Shown: positions 21,887-32,549 of the stretch, piece after piece
How the letters are laid out: every line of letters begins with the position of its first letter
Position numbering within the stretch: position 1 is the first letter of the stretch
Source: a virus
Virus record (IMG/VR): IMGVR_UViG_3300044617_000796
Coordinates: 1 to 64,000 of that record
DNA: 64,000 nucleotides
Reading direction: 5' to 3' (one strand)
Notes under the pieces: generated by a model
Databases searched by the model: none
What the model was told of the DNA's origin: nothing
What the model saw: the letters and a program-made list of their open reading frames with translations, nothing else
Made by a program: the position numbers and the translations under genes

Positions 21887-22951
21887 TTAGAATGTACCAC
21901 CATCAATTGTAGCAGTGTTAGCGGCAAGCGCTGCGAGCTGAGCGCTGTAGGCTTGAACATTTGAACCGATTGCAAGACCTAATGCAGTTCTTGCATCAGA
22001 AGCATTTGCAGAGCCAGTACCACCGTAAGCGATACCTACAGCAGTACCTTGCCACACACCTGTACCAATAGTTCCTACGGTTGTAAGACTTGAGGTAACA
22101 ACACTTGAAGCCAAAGTTGTATTTGAAAGTACTGCTGAGCCCCCAATGTAGAATGACTTACCAGTAAGAATATTGAAATGCTCAGAAGATGTCCAAGCAT
22201 CTGTTGCGTCAACCCAGTTAAGTGTCTTATCTGTTGCACCTTTAATCGTAAACCCAGCACCATCTGCTGTTGTGTCCGTTGGTGATTCAACATTGGCAAG
22301 AACAATATTCTTATCTTCAACAACAAGTGTTGCTGTGTTAAGAGTTGTTGTATTACCATTAACAATCAAATCTCCAGAGACTGTAAGATTATTTGAAATA
22401 GTGACATTAGATGGAAGGCTCAGAGTTACTGCACCGACACCAGAGTTTGACACTGCAATTTCATTAGCAGTCCCTGTCAGACCCGTTACAAGGTTTGTTG
22501 CTCTATCACTAACTTGTGAAGCAGTGATTGAAATAGTTGCGTTTGCAGCAGCAGTTAACCTACCGTCAGCCTGTACAGTAAATGTAGCAACAGTTCCTGC
22601 ACCACCATAAGAGGCGGCAGTCACTGCTGTATTTGTAAGTGTAACACCAGAAATTGCAGTGTCAACATAAAGTTTAGTAGCTGCGTGACCGTTTGCAGTT
22701 GGAGTTGCGACAATCGTTGTGCCATTAAATGTCTTGTTGCCAGTAATTGTTTGATCAGTTGTTAAAGCAAGAAAAGCACCAAGACCGCCAATTACTTCAA
22801 CAGTGGTTGCAGATCCACCTGCACCACCAGTTCCTTTACCGTAGTAAAGAATATTATCTACTTCGTTAAATGCTAATTCTGCATTCTCCAAACTTGTAGG
22901 TGCGCCAGCACTGCCAGTCGCCCTTCTTTTAATTCTCAGCGTATTCGCCAT
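21887..22951 (-). CDS. Fibre-like virion protein (Mtd-N-like N-terminus)
   Basis: 'MANTLRIKRR...APTSLENAELAFNEVD', beta-repeat body, ends 'IDGGTF'. Confidence 0.65.
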   Translation of the reverse strand: MANTLRIKRRATGSAGAPTSLENAELAFNEVDNILYYGKGTGGAGGSATTVEVIGGLGAFLALTTDQTITGNKTFNGTTIVATPTANGHAATKLYVDTAISGVTLTNTAVTAASYGGAGTVATFTVQADGRLTAAANATISITASQVSDRATNLVTGLTGTANEIAVSNSGVGAVTLSLPSNVTISNNLTVSGDLIVNGNTTTLNTATLVVEDKNIVLANVESPTDTTADGAGFTIKGATDKTLNWVDATDAWTSSEHFNILTGKSFYIGGSAVLSNTTLASSVVTSSLTTVGTIGTGVWQGTAVGIAYGGTGSANASDARTALGLAIGSNVQAYSAQLAALAANTATIDGGTF

Positions 22952-23250
22952 TAGTAATTTCCTCCATCCATTAATAGATTTGCTGCACTATGAACATGAT
23001 CCGCCCTAGCCGCTAAAGCACTTACACCAACACTCCCAGACCGAGCAACCGCCTCTGGTTCCGCTGTCGCTAGAGATAACGAAGCGAGATTGATTGTCCC
23101 AGAAGATTGCGTCAGCACAGTAGTGTCATTTGTTTGTACAATTACCCCTGTAATATCAGAAGCTACCGTAATATTTGAAATATCTGTGGATACAGACAGG
23201 GATGTAACATCGCCACTAGATACTTGAACGGTTGTGATGTCCCCAGCCAT
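22951..23250 (-). CDS. Small virion/fibre-associated protein
   Basis: 'ARADHVH' and 'DGGNY' motifs; translationally coupled to neighbours. Confidence 0.55.
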   Translation of the reverse strand: MAGDITTVQVSSGDVTSLSVSTDISNITVASDITGVIVQTNDTTVLTQSSGTINLASLSLATAEPEAVARSGSVGVSALAARADHVHSAANLLMDGGNY

Positions 23251-23582
23251 TACCTGCTCACCTCGCCAGTTACCGTTACCGTTCCAGTAATCAGTGTGGT
23301 GATAACGGTGCCATTAGTTTCTTGAAAATCATAAACATATGTCCCTGCAGCAATATTAGCTGTAGCCGCAGCGGTTAAAGACATGACAACGATGCCATTA
23401 GCACCGTTTGTAATTTCAGATGTAAATGTCGCTGCAACCGTGTCAGAGTTTCTTTTCTTTCTAATCTGACCAGTGTAAGTTCTAGATGTAATAGTTACAT
23501 TAGCATTAGCACTATTTTTAATACGAAGCTCATGAGCGTAGGTATCGCCTTGATAAATAGTAATATTTCTAGTTGCAGCCAT
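23250..23582 (-). CDS. Ig-like/BppU-like virion protein
   Basis: 'ITIYQGDTY...GQIR...YVYD...GTVTV..EVSR'. Confidence 0.6.
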   Translation of the reverse strand: MAATRNITIYQGDTYAHELRIKNSANANVTITSRTYTGQIRKKRNSDTVAATFTSEITNGANGIVVMSLTAAATANIAAGTYVYDFQETNGTVITTLITGTVTVTGEVSR

Positions 23583-23614
23583 AATATCTCCTATAAGATA
23601 TTATCAAAGATTGG

Positions 23615-24457
23615 TTATGCCAGCAATATTGACCAAGTTGCTTGGTCTACTTCACCACTTGCAGTGATTCCATTTTTAGTTTGAAAATCCTTAACTAACT
23701 GTGCGGTCTTTGGACCAAAATCACCGTCAATTTTACACACAACACCATGCTTAACTAAAAGAGTTTGAGCTTCTTTTACAAGAGGACCAGCGCTTCCTTG
23801 CTTAACAGTTCTTTTTGTTGCAGCAGCTTGAACATTTGCGGTTGGCGCTGCAGTCTTTGCTTCAGCAGCGGCTTTCTGATCTGCAACGGAACCAAATGGT
23901 CCGCCTGGTCTTGGATTACGAGCAACATAATCCTTAACTGCTTGAGGCGCTGCATCACCACATACATAACGAATGTGCCAAGGCTCTGAAGGAACTACTT
24001 CCCAACTCCACCCAAACTTTTCAACATTAGCAATCAGCCAATTAATTCTTTTCTTGTCACTTGCATTAGCAATGTCAACTGCCAAGCCGAGGTTATGCTG
24101 TGACTTGCCAGGCGTGGCAAGCATCGCCATGCCCTTCTTCAAGTACCAAGTCTTACCTTCAAAAGTTTTTGTGCTCTGACCAGGAATCGGCTCAAGCTGG
24201 TAGCGGGTAAGGAATCCTGCCTTTTGGCTGTCATAACTGCGATATAAATCTCCGCTACTCGTGGGTTTAAGCTCAACACCATCAGCCTTTGCAGCTTCAA
24301 CCATTGCCAGCCATGCATCAGCAGCAAGATAAAACAACTTACCGCCGCCTGGGATATCTCTCAGTAAACTTGGGTGCAACTTGCCTGGCTCAATACCTTT
24401 CAGCGCTACTGGAAGTTTAACTTCAACAATATAATCCCATTCTGTTCTCTTAGCCAT
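23615..24457 (-). CDS. Endolysin: M15 (VanY-like) Zn peptidase plus C-terminal peptidoglycan-binding domain
   Basis: YRS, 'PGKSQHNLGLAVDI' (SxHxxGxAxD), 'EPWH', and PG_binding_1-like 'DGDFGPKT...VKDFQTKNGI...G.VDQATW'. Confidence 0.9.
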   Translation of the reverse strand: MAKRTEWDYIVEVKLPVALKGIEPGKLHPSLLRDIPGGGKLFYLAADAWLAMVEAAKADGVELKPTSSGDLYRSYDSQKAGFLTRYQLEPIPGQSTKTFEGKTWYLKKGMAMLATPGKSQHNLGLAVDIANASDKKRINWLIANVEKFGWSWEVVPSEPWHIRYVCGDAAPQAVKDYVARNPRPGGPFGSVADQKAAAEAKTAAPTANVQAAATKRTVKQGSAGPLVKEAQTLLVKHGVVCKIDGDFGPKTAQLVKDFQTKNGITASGEVDQATWSILLA

Positions 24458-24714
24458 TATTTGGTCTCTCCTTCTGCGGTTTTCTTTCTATCAACTTTAG
24501 AAAATACCGCATTAATTTCATCTAAACTAAGTTTACCATCATCTAGGAATGCTCGTGAGAGTCCTTCCACAACTACGGCAACGCCAGCGATGCCTGCCAT
24601 GAAGCAGGCTTTCCACAAAGGGACATTAGCTATAGCGCCAGCACCGATTACACTTAAACCCGATGCAGCAAATGTAGCCAATATCCTCAAAAGGATATTC
24701 TTAACTTGTGCCAT
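24457..24714 (-). CDS. Putative holin
   Basis: Two hydrophobic helices and a charged C-terminal tail; next to the endolysin. Confidence 0.65.
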   Translation of the reverse strand: MAQVKNILLRILATFAASGLSVIGAGAIANVPLWKACFMAGIAGVAVVVEGLSRAFLDDGKLSLDEINAVFSKVDRKKTAEGETK

Positions 24715-24738
24715 TTTAACCTCTAAATTAATTTGGTA

Positions 24739-24957
24739 TTACTTAGTACGACCAAATGCAGTATCGTTTGGATTCAACCAACGCATAATCACAGGTGCAA
24801 GAGCAGCAACACCTGCTGTAGCAATTGCTTTAGGATCATGATTACCTGTCATATAGACAGCCAATGAAGCTCCGATAAAGGATCTTACCCAAGATGCAAG
24901 CATCTTCTTATTATTCTCATTCAACAAAGTAGACAAAAGACCACCTCCTTGCCCCAA
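24739..24957 (-). CDS. Putative holin
   Basis: 'ASWVRSF...APVIMRWLNPND.AFGR', two hydrophobic segments; start uncertain. Confidence 0.65.
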   Translation of the reverse strand: MGQGGGLLSTLLNENNKKMLASWVRSFIGASLAVYMTGNHDPKAIATAGVAALAPVIMRWLNPNDTAFGRTK

Positions 24958-24990
24958 CGGGCGTTGATATATATTATATCTCAGAGTTTT

Positions 24991-27651
24991 TTATTCGTCA
25001 TTTTTTAGAATTTCATGCACATAATGCACGAGGATAGCAGTTAGTGTTGCAATTCCAGCAATTCTCTGAGTTACCCCAGAAAGCGTAATGTAGACAACAA
25101 GGCTTCCTGCGAGGGTAAATGCCAATCCAGCAGTAATATCCCACATCTTTTTGCTAAAACCAAACCAATTAAACTTTTTCATTTCTTTACCCTCCCTTAT
25201 ATAATACTTGTATATACTATTTTTTGTAAAATCTTCACCATCGTCTTCCCCTGGACCTGCAATCTCTCCAGAGAACCCGCCTTCTGATTCTTCTTCTTTT
25301 CTAGAACGACCTTCTGTTCCCCCAGAACTTCCAGAACCACCAGACCCGCCCGAACCACCAGATCCACCAGATGAACCACCAGTGCTTCCTCCAGTAGATG
25401 CAGAGCCAACAGCTATTGCGGCTACTGCGGCTGTTGCAGCCAAGATTGATTTACGGGTTCCAACATCAATAGAAGAACCTGTAGGGGTGTAGTCATCAAA
25501 CCCATCTCCATAGATGTCAACTTCTTCCTCAAACGATTCCTTAATTTCAGCAGGAGCGTCAGTAAGTGCTGTTGCTAATTCTGTTTTCTGCTCTTCGGTA
25601 AATTGATCTGGCTCAATTGCAGCGAACACTTCCGCAATTTGTTCAATAGGAAGTTCTTCAAAGTTTCCATTTTCAATAACTGCAATCGCAGTATCTGGAT
25701 CAATTGTCTCTTCACTGATTGCGTCAATGACATTTTCTAGTGCGTCAACTGATTCAATGTTTTCAATAACATCCAGAACCTCTTCTGCCGAAAGGCTGTC
25801 TAGGATTTCTGTCAACTGCTCCACAGATACTTCTTCAAAAACCTGATCTAGTTGCTCAACAGAAAGTGTGTCAATTAAATATATGACATCTTCTACAGAA
25901 GCGTTCATAATCTCATCAATGACTTGACCAACCTGCTCTTCCGTTAATACCTCTTCAGTTATAACAACTTCAAACTCTGGAATAAAAGTGTCCACAATTT
26001 CAGGTTCTGAAATTTCGGTATCTATGATTTCAAAGTCTGGCAAGCTGGTGTCCACTTCAACTTCTTCTAAAATTGAGTCTATGGGTTCAAACTCAGGTAC
26101 CGTAATTGCTGGTTCCTCAATTACCGTTTCAATCTCAGGTAGGGGCTCAGAGGGCTCTGGGAGCTCCACTGTTGTATTTATAGGTGGATATACAATGACA
26201 GGGGGCTCTGGTATATTTATAAAAATTGTAGAGGTGGTGGTTGTAGCCGCAATAGGCTCAGATGTTGTTATGTCAATAACTTCTTGAGGACCATACAAAC
26301 AATTCCCAACCCCCTCCCCCACACATGGAGATGTACCTGCTTGAATTTTAAATCGCACAGAGCCATAGCCAGTCTGTGAGGATGTGTTGATTGTGTAAGT
26401 AGTGTTTGCGCCATATGTCCAGACACCCCAGCCGCCAGACTCTACCCCGTTATTCAAATCATAAAAAAGAATGTTGTACATGTATGGCTGTGTATTGCTT
26501 GCATTCGGTGCATCCCAATTTAGAGTTACACTCCCATTTTCATTCGCTGTAGCTGTTAAATTTTGAATTGAATTAAAGTAGGGTACAACACTGGTGGTCG
26601 TGGTGGTAGTTGTAGTAGTGGTTGTATTTGGAACTGTTGTGGTGGTCGTTGTAGTGGTCGTTGTAGTAGTGGTCGTTGTAGTAGTTGCCTCTGTGGTAGT
26701 AGTCGGAGGAAGTGTTGGAGCAGTTTCGTTATTTGGCTCAACCCCGCCAAATGTTTCGCAAGATCCACCCTGAACACATTTCTGCGTTGAGCCTATTTCA
26801 TCATCAACCATCAAAACTGGTGGCAAACCTTGGTCATCTAGGTTAAATGATGTAAAGCCAAGTTTGTATGTTCCTGACACAGAAACTTCATAAGTTGACA
26901 CTTGCCAGCCAGTAGCACCGTAGGAGTTTGTTGAATAGTCTCCTGTGCCTGGATTTGTAAAACCAAGAAGTGCATATGATTGTTCAAAATTATTTACAGT
27001 TATAACTGGAGTTGATGCAACGGTGACAGGGACAAGTGAGGTAATTGAGCCATCATTAAATGGAACATAATCAGTTGCCATGTAGTTCCAAGACATCGTG
27101 TAAACTACCCCCGCAGTTAATTGAACTTCACGAGTAATCCATGCTGCATCGGTTGGATTACCACCGCCAAATCCAGCAGCAGCAGCCTGCTGTGCAAGCA
27201 TGGTTCTAATTGCGGAGTTATTTGCTCCAGAAAGACCAACGGCATTAGTTGCTTGGTCAAATGTTTGCTGACCTCTTGGTTGTAGGGCAACAGCATAAGT
27301 CCCACCCTTTGGAGAAAAAGTCCAGCTACCCGCAGCAACTGCAGAAGCATAATATGGGTTTGGGCTACCATTTGAAAGTGTTGGACTTCCCATCGCCCCA
27401 TTTGCGCCATGAGTAAAAGTTCTTGAACCATTAAAGATTGTTACGCCAGTACCGTTCCCATTAATTGATGCTCCAAGAGTTCCTGTTTGTGATCCTCTTG
27501 ACCAGCCAGTAAAGGTGTTATCTTCAAACCCCGCATCGGGGATAGAGACAGGGTTTGCGCTTGCATATGGGGAAGACACAAATATAGATACAAAAGATAC
27601 AATTAACGCAGGGAGTATCGCCCAAGAGCCTTTACGAAAGTTAATGTTCAC
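24991..27651 (-). CDS. Large secreted, membrane-anchored surface protein
   Basis: Signal peptide ending 'ASA', globular domain, poly-Thr linker, FN3-like domain, acidic helical repeats, Gly/Ser linker, C-terminal TM helices. Confidence 0.75.
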   Translation of the reverse strand: MNINFRKGSWAILPALIVSFVSIFVSSPYASANPVSIPDAGFEDNTFTGWSRGSQTGTLGASINGNGTGVTIFNGSRTFTHGANGAMGSPTLSNGSPNPYYASAVAAGSWTFSPKGGTYAVALQPRGQQTFDQATNAVGLSGANNSAIRTMLAQQAAAAGFGGGNPTDAAWITREVQLTAGVVYTMSWNYMATDYVPFNDGSITSLVPVTVASTPVITVNNFEQSYALLGFTNPGTGDYSTNSYGATGWQVSTYEVSVSGTYKLGFTSFNLDDQGLPPVLMVDDEIGSTQKCVQGGSCETFGGVEPNNETAPTLPPTTTTEATTTTTTTTTTTTTTTTTVPNTTTTTTTTTTTSVVPYFNSIQNLTATANENGSVTLNWDAPNASNTQPYMYNILFYDLNNGVESGGWGVWTYGANTTYTINTSSQTGYGSVRFKIQAGTSPCVGEGVGNCLYGPQEVIDITTSEPIAATTTTSTIFINIPEPPVIVYPPINTTVELPEPSEPLPEIETVIEEPAITVPEFEPIDSILEEVEVDTSLPDFEIIDTEISEPEIVDTFIPEFEVVITEEVLTEEQVGQVIDEIMNASVEDVIYLIDTLSVEQLDQVFEEVSVEQLTEILDSLSAEEVLDVIENIESVDALENVIDAISEETIDPDTAIAVIENGNFEELPIEQIAEVFAAIEPDQFTEEQKTELATALTDAPAEIKESFEEEVDIYGDGFDDYTPTGSSIDVGTRKSILAATAAVAAIAVGSASTGGSTGGSSGGSGGSGGSGGSGSSGGTEGRSRKEEESEGGFSGEIAGPGEDDGEDFTKNSIYKYYIREGKEMKKFNWFGFSKKMWDITAGLAFTLAGSLVVYITLSGVTQRIAGIATLTAILVHYVHEILKNDE

Positions 27652-27688
27652 ATAAAGATTATAAGTTAATCTTAATTATTAAGATAAC

Positions 27689-28213
27689 TTATATTGCTAT
27701 ACACAATGTTTTTGCATATAAATCTTGAACTTTATCAAAAAGATTTGAGCTCTTTATTTTTTCGTAATAAATATCTTTATCAGTTGGTCTTGGGAAATTA
27801 CCTGGATGGTTTGTTTTCATATCCAGATTTATATCATTAATATCTAATTGAGATATCTTATCTAAACCAAATTTATTTGATATATTATCCATGCATATCT
27901 GTGGACTATTTACTAATGAATCAAAACTTAAACAAACAGATGTCTCGGTATTTTCAATAGAAGCCTGTAAGAATCTACAATACCAATCTATTAACCCCTC
28001 TGTGGTAGAAGGTATTTCTGCAGACATTTTCATCCATGACGAAATACATTCCAGTGGATCTCTAATGATAGTTACTACAGAATCTCCATCTCTAAGCGGT
28101 TGTATTCTATGCTGAGTATAATCAACATTATTTATACCGAAAGAATCTCTACAACAGACATAAAGATATGTTGTTCCGCATCTGGGGAAGCCAACAATTT
28201 TTAATCTTGCCAT
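27689..28213 (-). CDS. Sulfotransferase-like P-loop protein
   Basis: 'GFPRCGTTYL' and 'IIRDPLECISS' PAPS-binding-type motifs. Confidence 0.7.
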   Translation of the reverse strand: MARLKIVGFPRCGTTYLYVCCRDSFGINNVDYTQHRIQPLRDGDSVVTIIRDPLECISSWMKMSAEIPSTTEGLIDWYCRFLQASIENTETSVCLSFDSLVNSPQICMDNISNKFGLDKISQLDINDINLDMKTNHPGNFPRPTDKDIYYEKIKSSNLFDKVQDLYAKTLCIAI

Positions 28214-28548
28214 TCTCCAACTTCTTCGTTCCAAACCCAATACCCTTCAGACCCAGGTTTTGCTACAGGTGGTTGCCAATCGTAATTAGAATCTAAAGAC
28301 CACGAATCATATGGTTTTGGCATAATAAAAACATCGGCTTCATGATCGTATGCATAGCCCACTCCTGCATATTGCTTTCTAAAATTATTATTATATGAAG
28401 TTTGTATCCATGTTCCACCTAGAAGGTTATGACAGAACTCAGCACCTTTTGCTTCATTTTCAACACCGTCAATTAATAGTTCACTGTTGTTAACAACAAC
28501 TCCTTGAACAACAATATTGTTTTCATCAATTCTTACAAAATGTGCCAT
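28201..28548 (-). CDS. 'MAHF' family small protein (fibre chaperone-like), copy 3
   Basis: 'WIQTSYNNNFRKQYAGVGY', shared with 30393-30734 and 37425-37706. Confidence 0.7.
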   Translation of the reverse strand: MAHFVRIDENNIVVQGVVVNNSELLIDGVENEAKGAEFCHNLLGGTWIQTSYNNNFRKQYAGVGYAYDHEADVFIMPKPYDSWSLDSNYDWQPPVAKPGSEGYWVWNEEVGEWQD

Positions 28549-29405
28549 TAGAAAGTTATACTCCCTGTTCCTGTGAATGTGTAGACATGAAATCCACTTC
28601 TTGATACTGCGCTATAAGTTGGGGAACCAGTTGTTGCTAATGCAACTGGGAATGTACTTGGGTAAGCGATAATCACAACTCCAGAACCACCATTACCGCC
28701 AGTTCCGTTATAGAAGCTATACGAGCCTCCACCTCCTCCACCACCAGTATTTGGAGTACCACTACCGCCACCAAAAGGACCGCCAATACTGGCATTTCCA
28801 GCACCTCCGCCTCCTCCACCGCCAGCACCGCCAGCGCCGTAAGAACCAGTTCCAGAACCTCCACCGCCTCCTCCACGCTGAACAGATGTTCCTGTTATGG
28901 AAGAAGCACGACCTGCACCACCATTTCCGCTAGAACCAGCAGCATTAGTTCCACCTCCTCCACCACCACGACCACCAGTGTTTGGATCTCCACCAGCGGA
29001 TCCTCCGTAACCCTCAACTGGGGTATAGCCACCAGAGTTTCCTGCACCACCAGCGGTGTTTACACCACCACCTCCACCGCAACCACCAGAGCCATTAACT
29101 ATTGCACCACCGCTTGCGGCAAATGTGTTAAACGATGATGCTTGACCTACTGTTCCACCACCGTTTGTTGTACCAGCACCACCATTACCAACAGTTACAG
29201 TATATTGAACACCAGCTGTTACTGCTAATGCAGCATTTTCACGCTGCCCACCTGCACCACCTGAGCCAGCAAGAAATGGTGATCCATGACCAGCACCACC
29301 ACCTGCTTGAACAAGCACTTGAATAGTAGGTGTTACAGATCTTGACAGAACACGCTGACCGAAATTTTTAACACTTCCACCACCAAATTTAGAATAAAAT
29401 GGCAT
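28548..29405 (-). CDS. Glycine-rich virion protein
   Basis: AGGG...GGAGG...NTGGGGGG...GGSGVVII pattern. Confidence 0.75.
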   Translation of the reverse strand: MPFYSKFGGGSVKNFGQRVLSRSVTPTIQVLVQAGGGAGHGSPFLAGSGGAGGQRENAALAVTAGVQYTVTVGNGGAGTTNGGGTVGQASSFNTFAASGGAIVNGSGGCGGGGGVNTAGGAGNSGGYTPVEGYGGSAGGDPNTGGRGGGGGGTNAAGSSGNGGAGRASSITGTSVQRGGGGGGSGTGSYGAGGAGGGGGGGAGNASIGGPFGGGSGTPNTGGGGGGGSYSFYNGTGGNGGSGVVIIAYPSTFPVALATTGSPTYSAVSRSGFHVYTFTGTGSITF

Positions 29406-29413
29406 ATTAACTC

Positions 29414-30364
29414 CTAAGCGAATTTAGTTTGACTAGCAAGTACGGTGTATGTATTCGCTGCTGTTTTAAGAATACTTAATGCATAGCTATCAATTGAAGA
29501 TGCATTTCCACCTGTCGGTGCTGTTCCGCCCTGCCATTTTGGAGTAATAGTTGCTCCATCAACTTGAACCACATTAGCATAATACGCAGTAGTACCTTGT
29601 TGAGCCATAAACACAACTGTTGCAACATCACCGACAGCAATGCTGTTATTCATTGTTACCGTTGAATTACCACGCACATTTAATGTCCAGTTTGCAGATG
29701 CGTTTGTTGTATAAAAAACAGAAGGGTTTGATAAATAATTAATTGCAACCGTTCCAGTCGCAGCTGTTGCAGAAACAAGCATTGGTTCACTAACACTAGT
29801 TACAGAAAGTTTTGTTGAAACATTTGCATTTGCAGATGTAATACTTGCAAGACCATCAATTGTAGTATTACTTGAACCCAACGCAATTGCCGTTGAACCA
29901 ATAGTAACTGATGCGTTAGCAAGTTTGCTATTTGTAATAGTAGTGTTTGCAATATCTGCATCAACGATTACTCCAGAGCTAATTGCTGTTACTCCGCTAT
30001 CAGAGATAACAACATCACCCGTTTCTGCAACTGAAGTTGGTACGCCTGATGAGTTGTACACAATAATATTTCCAGCCGTACTAGTTGCTAATTTTGATAG
30101 CGCAATAGCAGCAGATGAACTGATATCTGAGTTTACAACAGAGTTGCTTAATGAAAGCTTTCCATATGTAATCGCTGCTGAAGCATTCACATCGGCATTA
30201 ACAATTGTTCCATCAACAATTGATGCACTCGTAACAGAGTTAGATGGAATAACATTTTGTGTTAATGTAATCAAATTCCAACTTGTACCGTTATACAACC
30301 AGGTTTTTCCACCTGATGTAAAGGTGTCATTATTTGCGGGGGAATCTGGAAAGTCAATTGCCAT
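29414..30364 (-). CDS. Fibre-like protein with a 'FPDSP' N-terminal anchor
   Basis: N-terminus shared with 34775-35299; beta repeats; C-terminal 'KWQGGTAPT' domain. Confidence 0.65.
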   Translation of the reverse strand: MAIDFPDSPANNDTFTSGGKTWLYNGTSWNLITLTQNVIPSNSVTSASIVDGTIVNADVNASAAITYGKLSLSNSVVNSDISSSAAIALSKLATSTAGNIIVYNSSGVPTSVAETGDVVISDSGVTAISSGVIVDADIANTTITNSKLANASVTIGSTAIALGSSNTTIDGLASITSANANVSTKLSVTSVSEPMLVSATAATGTVAINYLSNPSVFYTTNASANWTLNVRGNSTVTMNNSIAVGDVATVVFMAQQGTTAYYANVVQVDGATITPKWQGGTAPTGGNASSIDSYALSILKTAANTYTVLASQTKFA

Positions 30365-30392
30365 ATTTTCTATTATATCCTAAATAGATATA

Positions 30393-30734
30393 TTAAACAA
30401 TTGGTTGCCAGGACAATGATTCTTCATCCCAGAAATAATACCCATCTTCTGGCATTGGAGTTGGTGGTTGCCAATCAAAATTGCTATCTAATGCCCATGA
30501 AGTATATGGTTGCGGAGCAATAAATACATCAGCTTCTTCATTATATGTAAAACCAATTCCAGCGTATTGTTTGCGGATATTATTATTATAAGAAGTTCTT
30601 ACACACTTCTGTCCACGGAAATCACCGTAGTATTTTTCCCAATCAGAAATTCCTTCAACAACTTCGTCTTCATTACGACCTGTAATGACTTCGGTTACAA
30701 TATTATTTTCATCTAAAAATGCGTAGTGTGCCAT
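30393..30734 (-). CDS. 'MAHF' family small protein, copy 2
   Basis: 'RTSYNNNIRKQYAGIG'. Confidence 0.7.
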   Translation of the reverse strand: MAHYAFLDENNIVTEVITGRNEDEVVEGISDWEKYYGDFRGQKCVRTSYNNNIRKQYAGIGFTYNEEADVFIAPQPYTSWALDSNFDWQPPTPMPEDGYYFWDEESLSWQPIV

Positions 30735-30757
30735 GTTATAATTTTACCATATTTCAC

Positions 30758-31624
30758 TTAAAAAGTAATTGTTCCTGTTCCTGCTGTAAAAGAATAGACT
30801 CTATATCCCGAACGGCTAACAGTGCTAACAGAATAAGTGAGTCCTGCACCAATTGTAGTAATTGCAGGGTATGAATCGGGATAAGCAATAATTACAATTC
30901 CTGAACCACCTGCGCTTGCCCTCACTTGTGCAATATCTCCATACACTGCACCACCACCACCACCTCCAGTGTTGGCTGCACCTGCACTTGCTTGTGCGCC
31001 ACTTGCTGCCTGACCATTTGCACCACCACCTGAGCCACCAGCACCCCCATTTGCAACACCATAAAAGCCACCGCCACCTCCGCCACCGCCACGGGTAACT
31101 GAAGAACCTGTAATTGATGACGCTAAACCATTACCTCCTGCACCATATGCCCCACTAGTACCAGCGACACCAGCACCTCCACCGCCAGCACCGCCTGTTG
31201 ACCCACCAGTTCCTCCAGCATTTCCTTGACCTGAAGTTGCTGCACCTGCACCACCGCCGTTTGCTGAACCTCCACCGCCTGAACCACCAGTAGCGCCTGC
31301 TCCACCATTCCATGTTCCACCCTTACCACCAGCAGTTGAGGTTATAGAAGAGAAAACAGAATTATTTCCGTTTGTGTTCACTGCTCCACCAGCGCCAATA
31401 GTCACTGTATATGCAGTTCCACCTAATACAGAGAAAGAACTTGATGTTAGATAACCTCCTGCACCACCACCACCGCCAGCATCGTAACCACCACCACCTC
31501 CACCAGCAATTACAAGGTATTCAACAGATGCCGCAAATACCCAATTAGAACCCATAACGGATTCTCTATGGTCTCTTAGATTCCAAATATCGGAAGCGGA
31601 TGTTGTTGAAGGAAATTGTGCCAT
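30758..31624 (-). CDS. Glycine-rich virion protein ('MAQFPS' anchor)
   Basis: Gly-rich body; paralogue of 31624-32544. Confidence 0.75.
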   Translation of the reverse strand: MAQFPSTTSASDIWNLRDHRESVMGSNWVFAASVEYLVIAGGGGGGYDAGGGGGAGGYLTSSSFSVLGGTAYTVTIGAGGAVNTNGNNSVFSSITSTAGGKGGTWNGGAGATGGSGGGGSANGGGAGAATSGQGNAGGTGGSTGGAGGGGAGVAGTSGAYGAGGNGLASSITGSSVTRGGGGGGGGFYGVANGGAGGSGGGANGQAASGAQASAGAANTGGGGGGAVYGDIAQVRASAGGSGIVIIAYPDSYPAITTIGAGLTYSVSTVSRSGYRVYSFTAGTGTITF

Positions 31625-32544
31625 TAGAAAGTTACCAACCCTGTTCCAGCAGTAAAAGTGTAGACTCTGTAGCCAGCACGACTAACAGTGCTTACAGAGT
31701 ATGTGAGACCTGCTCCAATAGTAGTAATTGCTGCATATGTGCTTGGATAAGCGATAATAACAACTCCTGAACCGCCAGCAGCAGCAGCACCAAGACCAAT
31801 AGTTCCACCACCACCGCCTCCAGTATTCACTGTGCCTACTGTACCAGTAGCACCACCACCGCCTGAACCTCCTGAAGCGCTACTAGAACCACCATCACCA
31901 CCACCACCGCCTCCACCACCACGAGTGACTGATGTGCCAGTTATTGAGTTTGCTAAACCGTCACCACCAAGACCACCACGAGCAGAAATACCGTCACCAC
32001 CAAGACCACTAGCACCACCACCACCTCCAGCACCATAAGCAAAAGTCGTAAAGTTTCTACCACCATCCCTGCCTTGAAGTGCTGTACCTGCACCACCAAA
32101 TCTCGCAGTGCCAGTGCCACCAGCACCACCACCACCCGAACCACCGTTTGCACCATTTTGAGAAGGATACGAACCTCCACCTCCACCGCCCGTTGAAGTT
32201 ATTGTGGATAACACAGAGTTAACACCGCTACCGCCGATAGTTGGTGCGTTCGTACCACCATTACCACCTGCACCAATGGTTACTGTAAAACTCACTCCAG
32301 CAAATACAGACAACAAAGACTCTGCTGAGTTATTCGCTCCAGATGTAGCACCGACAACAGAAGTTCTATACCCCCCTGCACCACCACCGCCTCCATTTGA
32401 ACCACCACCACCACCACCTGCAATTACGAGATATTCAATTACTGATGGAGCTGCTAATACCCAATTAGAACCCATCGCAGCAATTCTCTGCTTATATAAA
32501 CTCCATACTCCTGAAGCTGATGATGTTGATGGGAACTGTGCCAT
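31624..32544 (-). CDS. Glycine-rich virion protein ('MAQFPS' anchor)
   Basis: Gly-rich body; N-terminus shared with 33798-34415. Confidence 0.75.
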   Translation of the reverse strand: MAQFPSTSSASGVWSLYKQRIAAMGSNWVLAAPSVIEYLVIAGGGGGGSNGGGGGAGGYRTSVVGATSGANNSAESLLSVFAGVSFTVTIGAGGNGGTNAPTIGGSGVNSVLSTITSTGGGGGGSYPSQNGANGGSGGGGAGGTGTARFGGAGTALQGRDGGRNFTTFAYGAGGGGGASGLGGDGISARGGLGGDGLANSITGTSVTRGGGGGGGGDGGSSSASGGSGGGGATGTVGTVNTGGGGGGTIGLGAAAAGGSGVVIIAYPSTYAAITTIGAGLTYSVSTVSRAGYRVYTFTAGTGLVTF

Positions 32545-32549
32545 AAATA

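Noticed and set aside
30758-32544. Diversity-generating retroelement (similar 3' ends of Gly-rich genes; Mtd-N-like domains at 21.7-23 kb)
   Set aside because: No reverse transcriptase is present, both copies are coding, and the differences look like ordinary paralogue divergence rather than adenine-specific changes.
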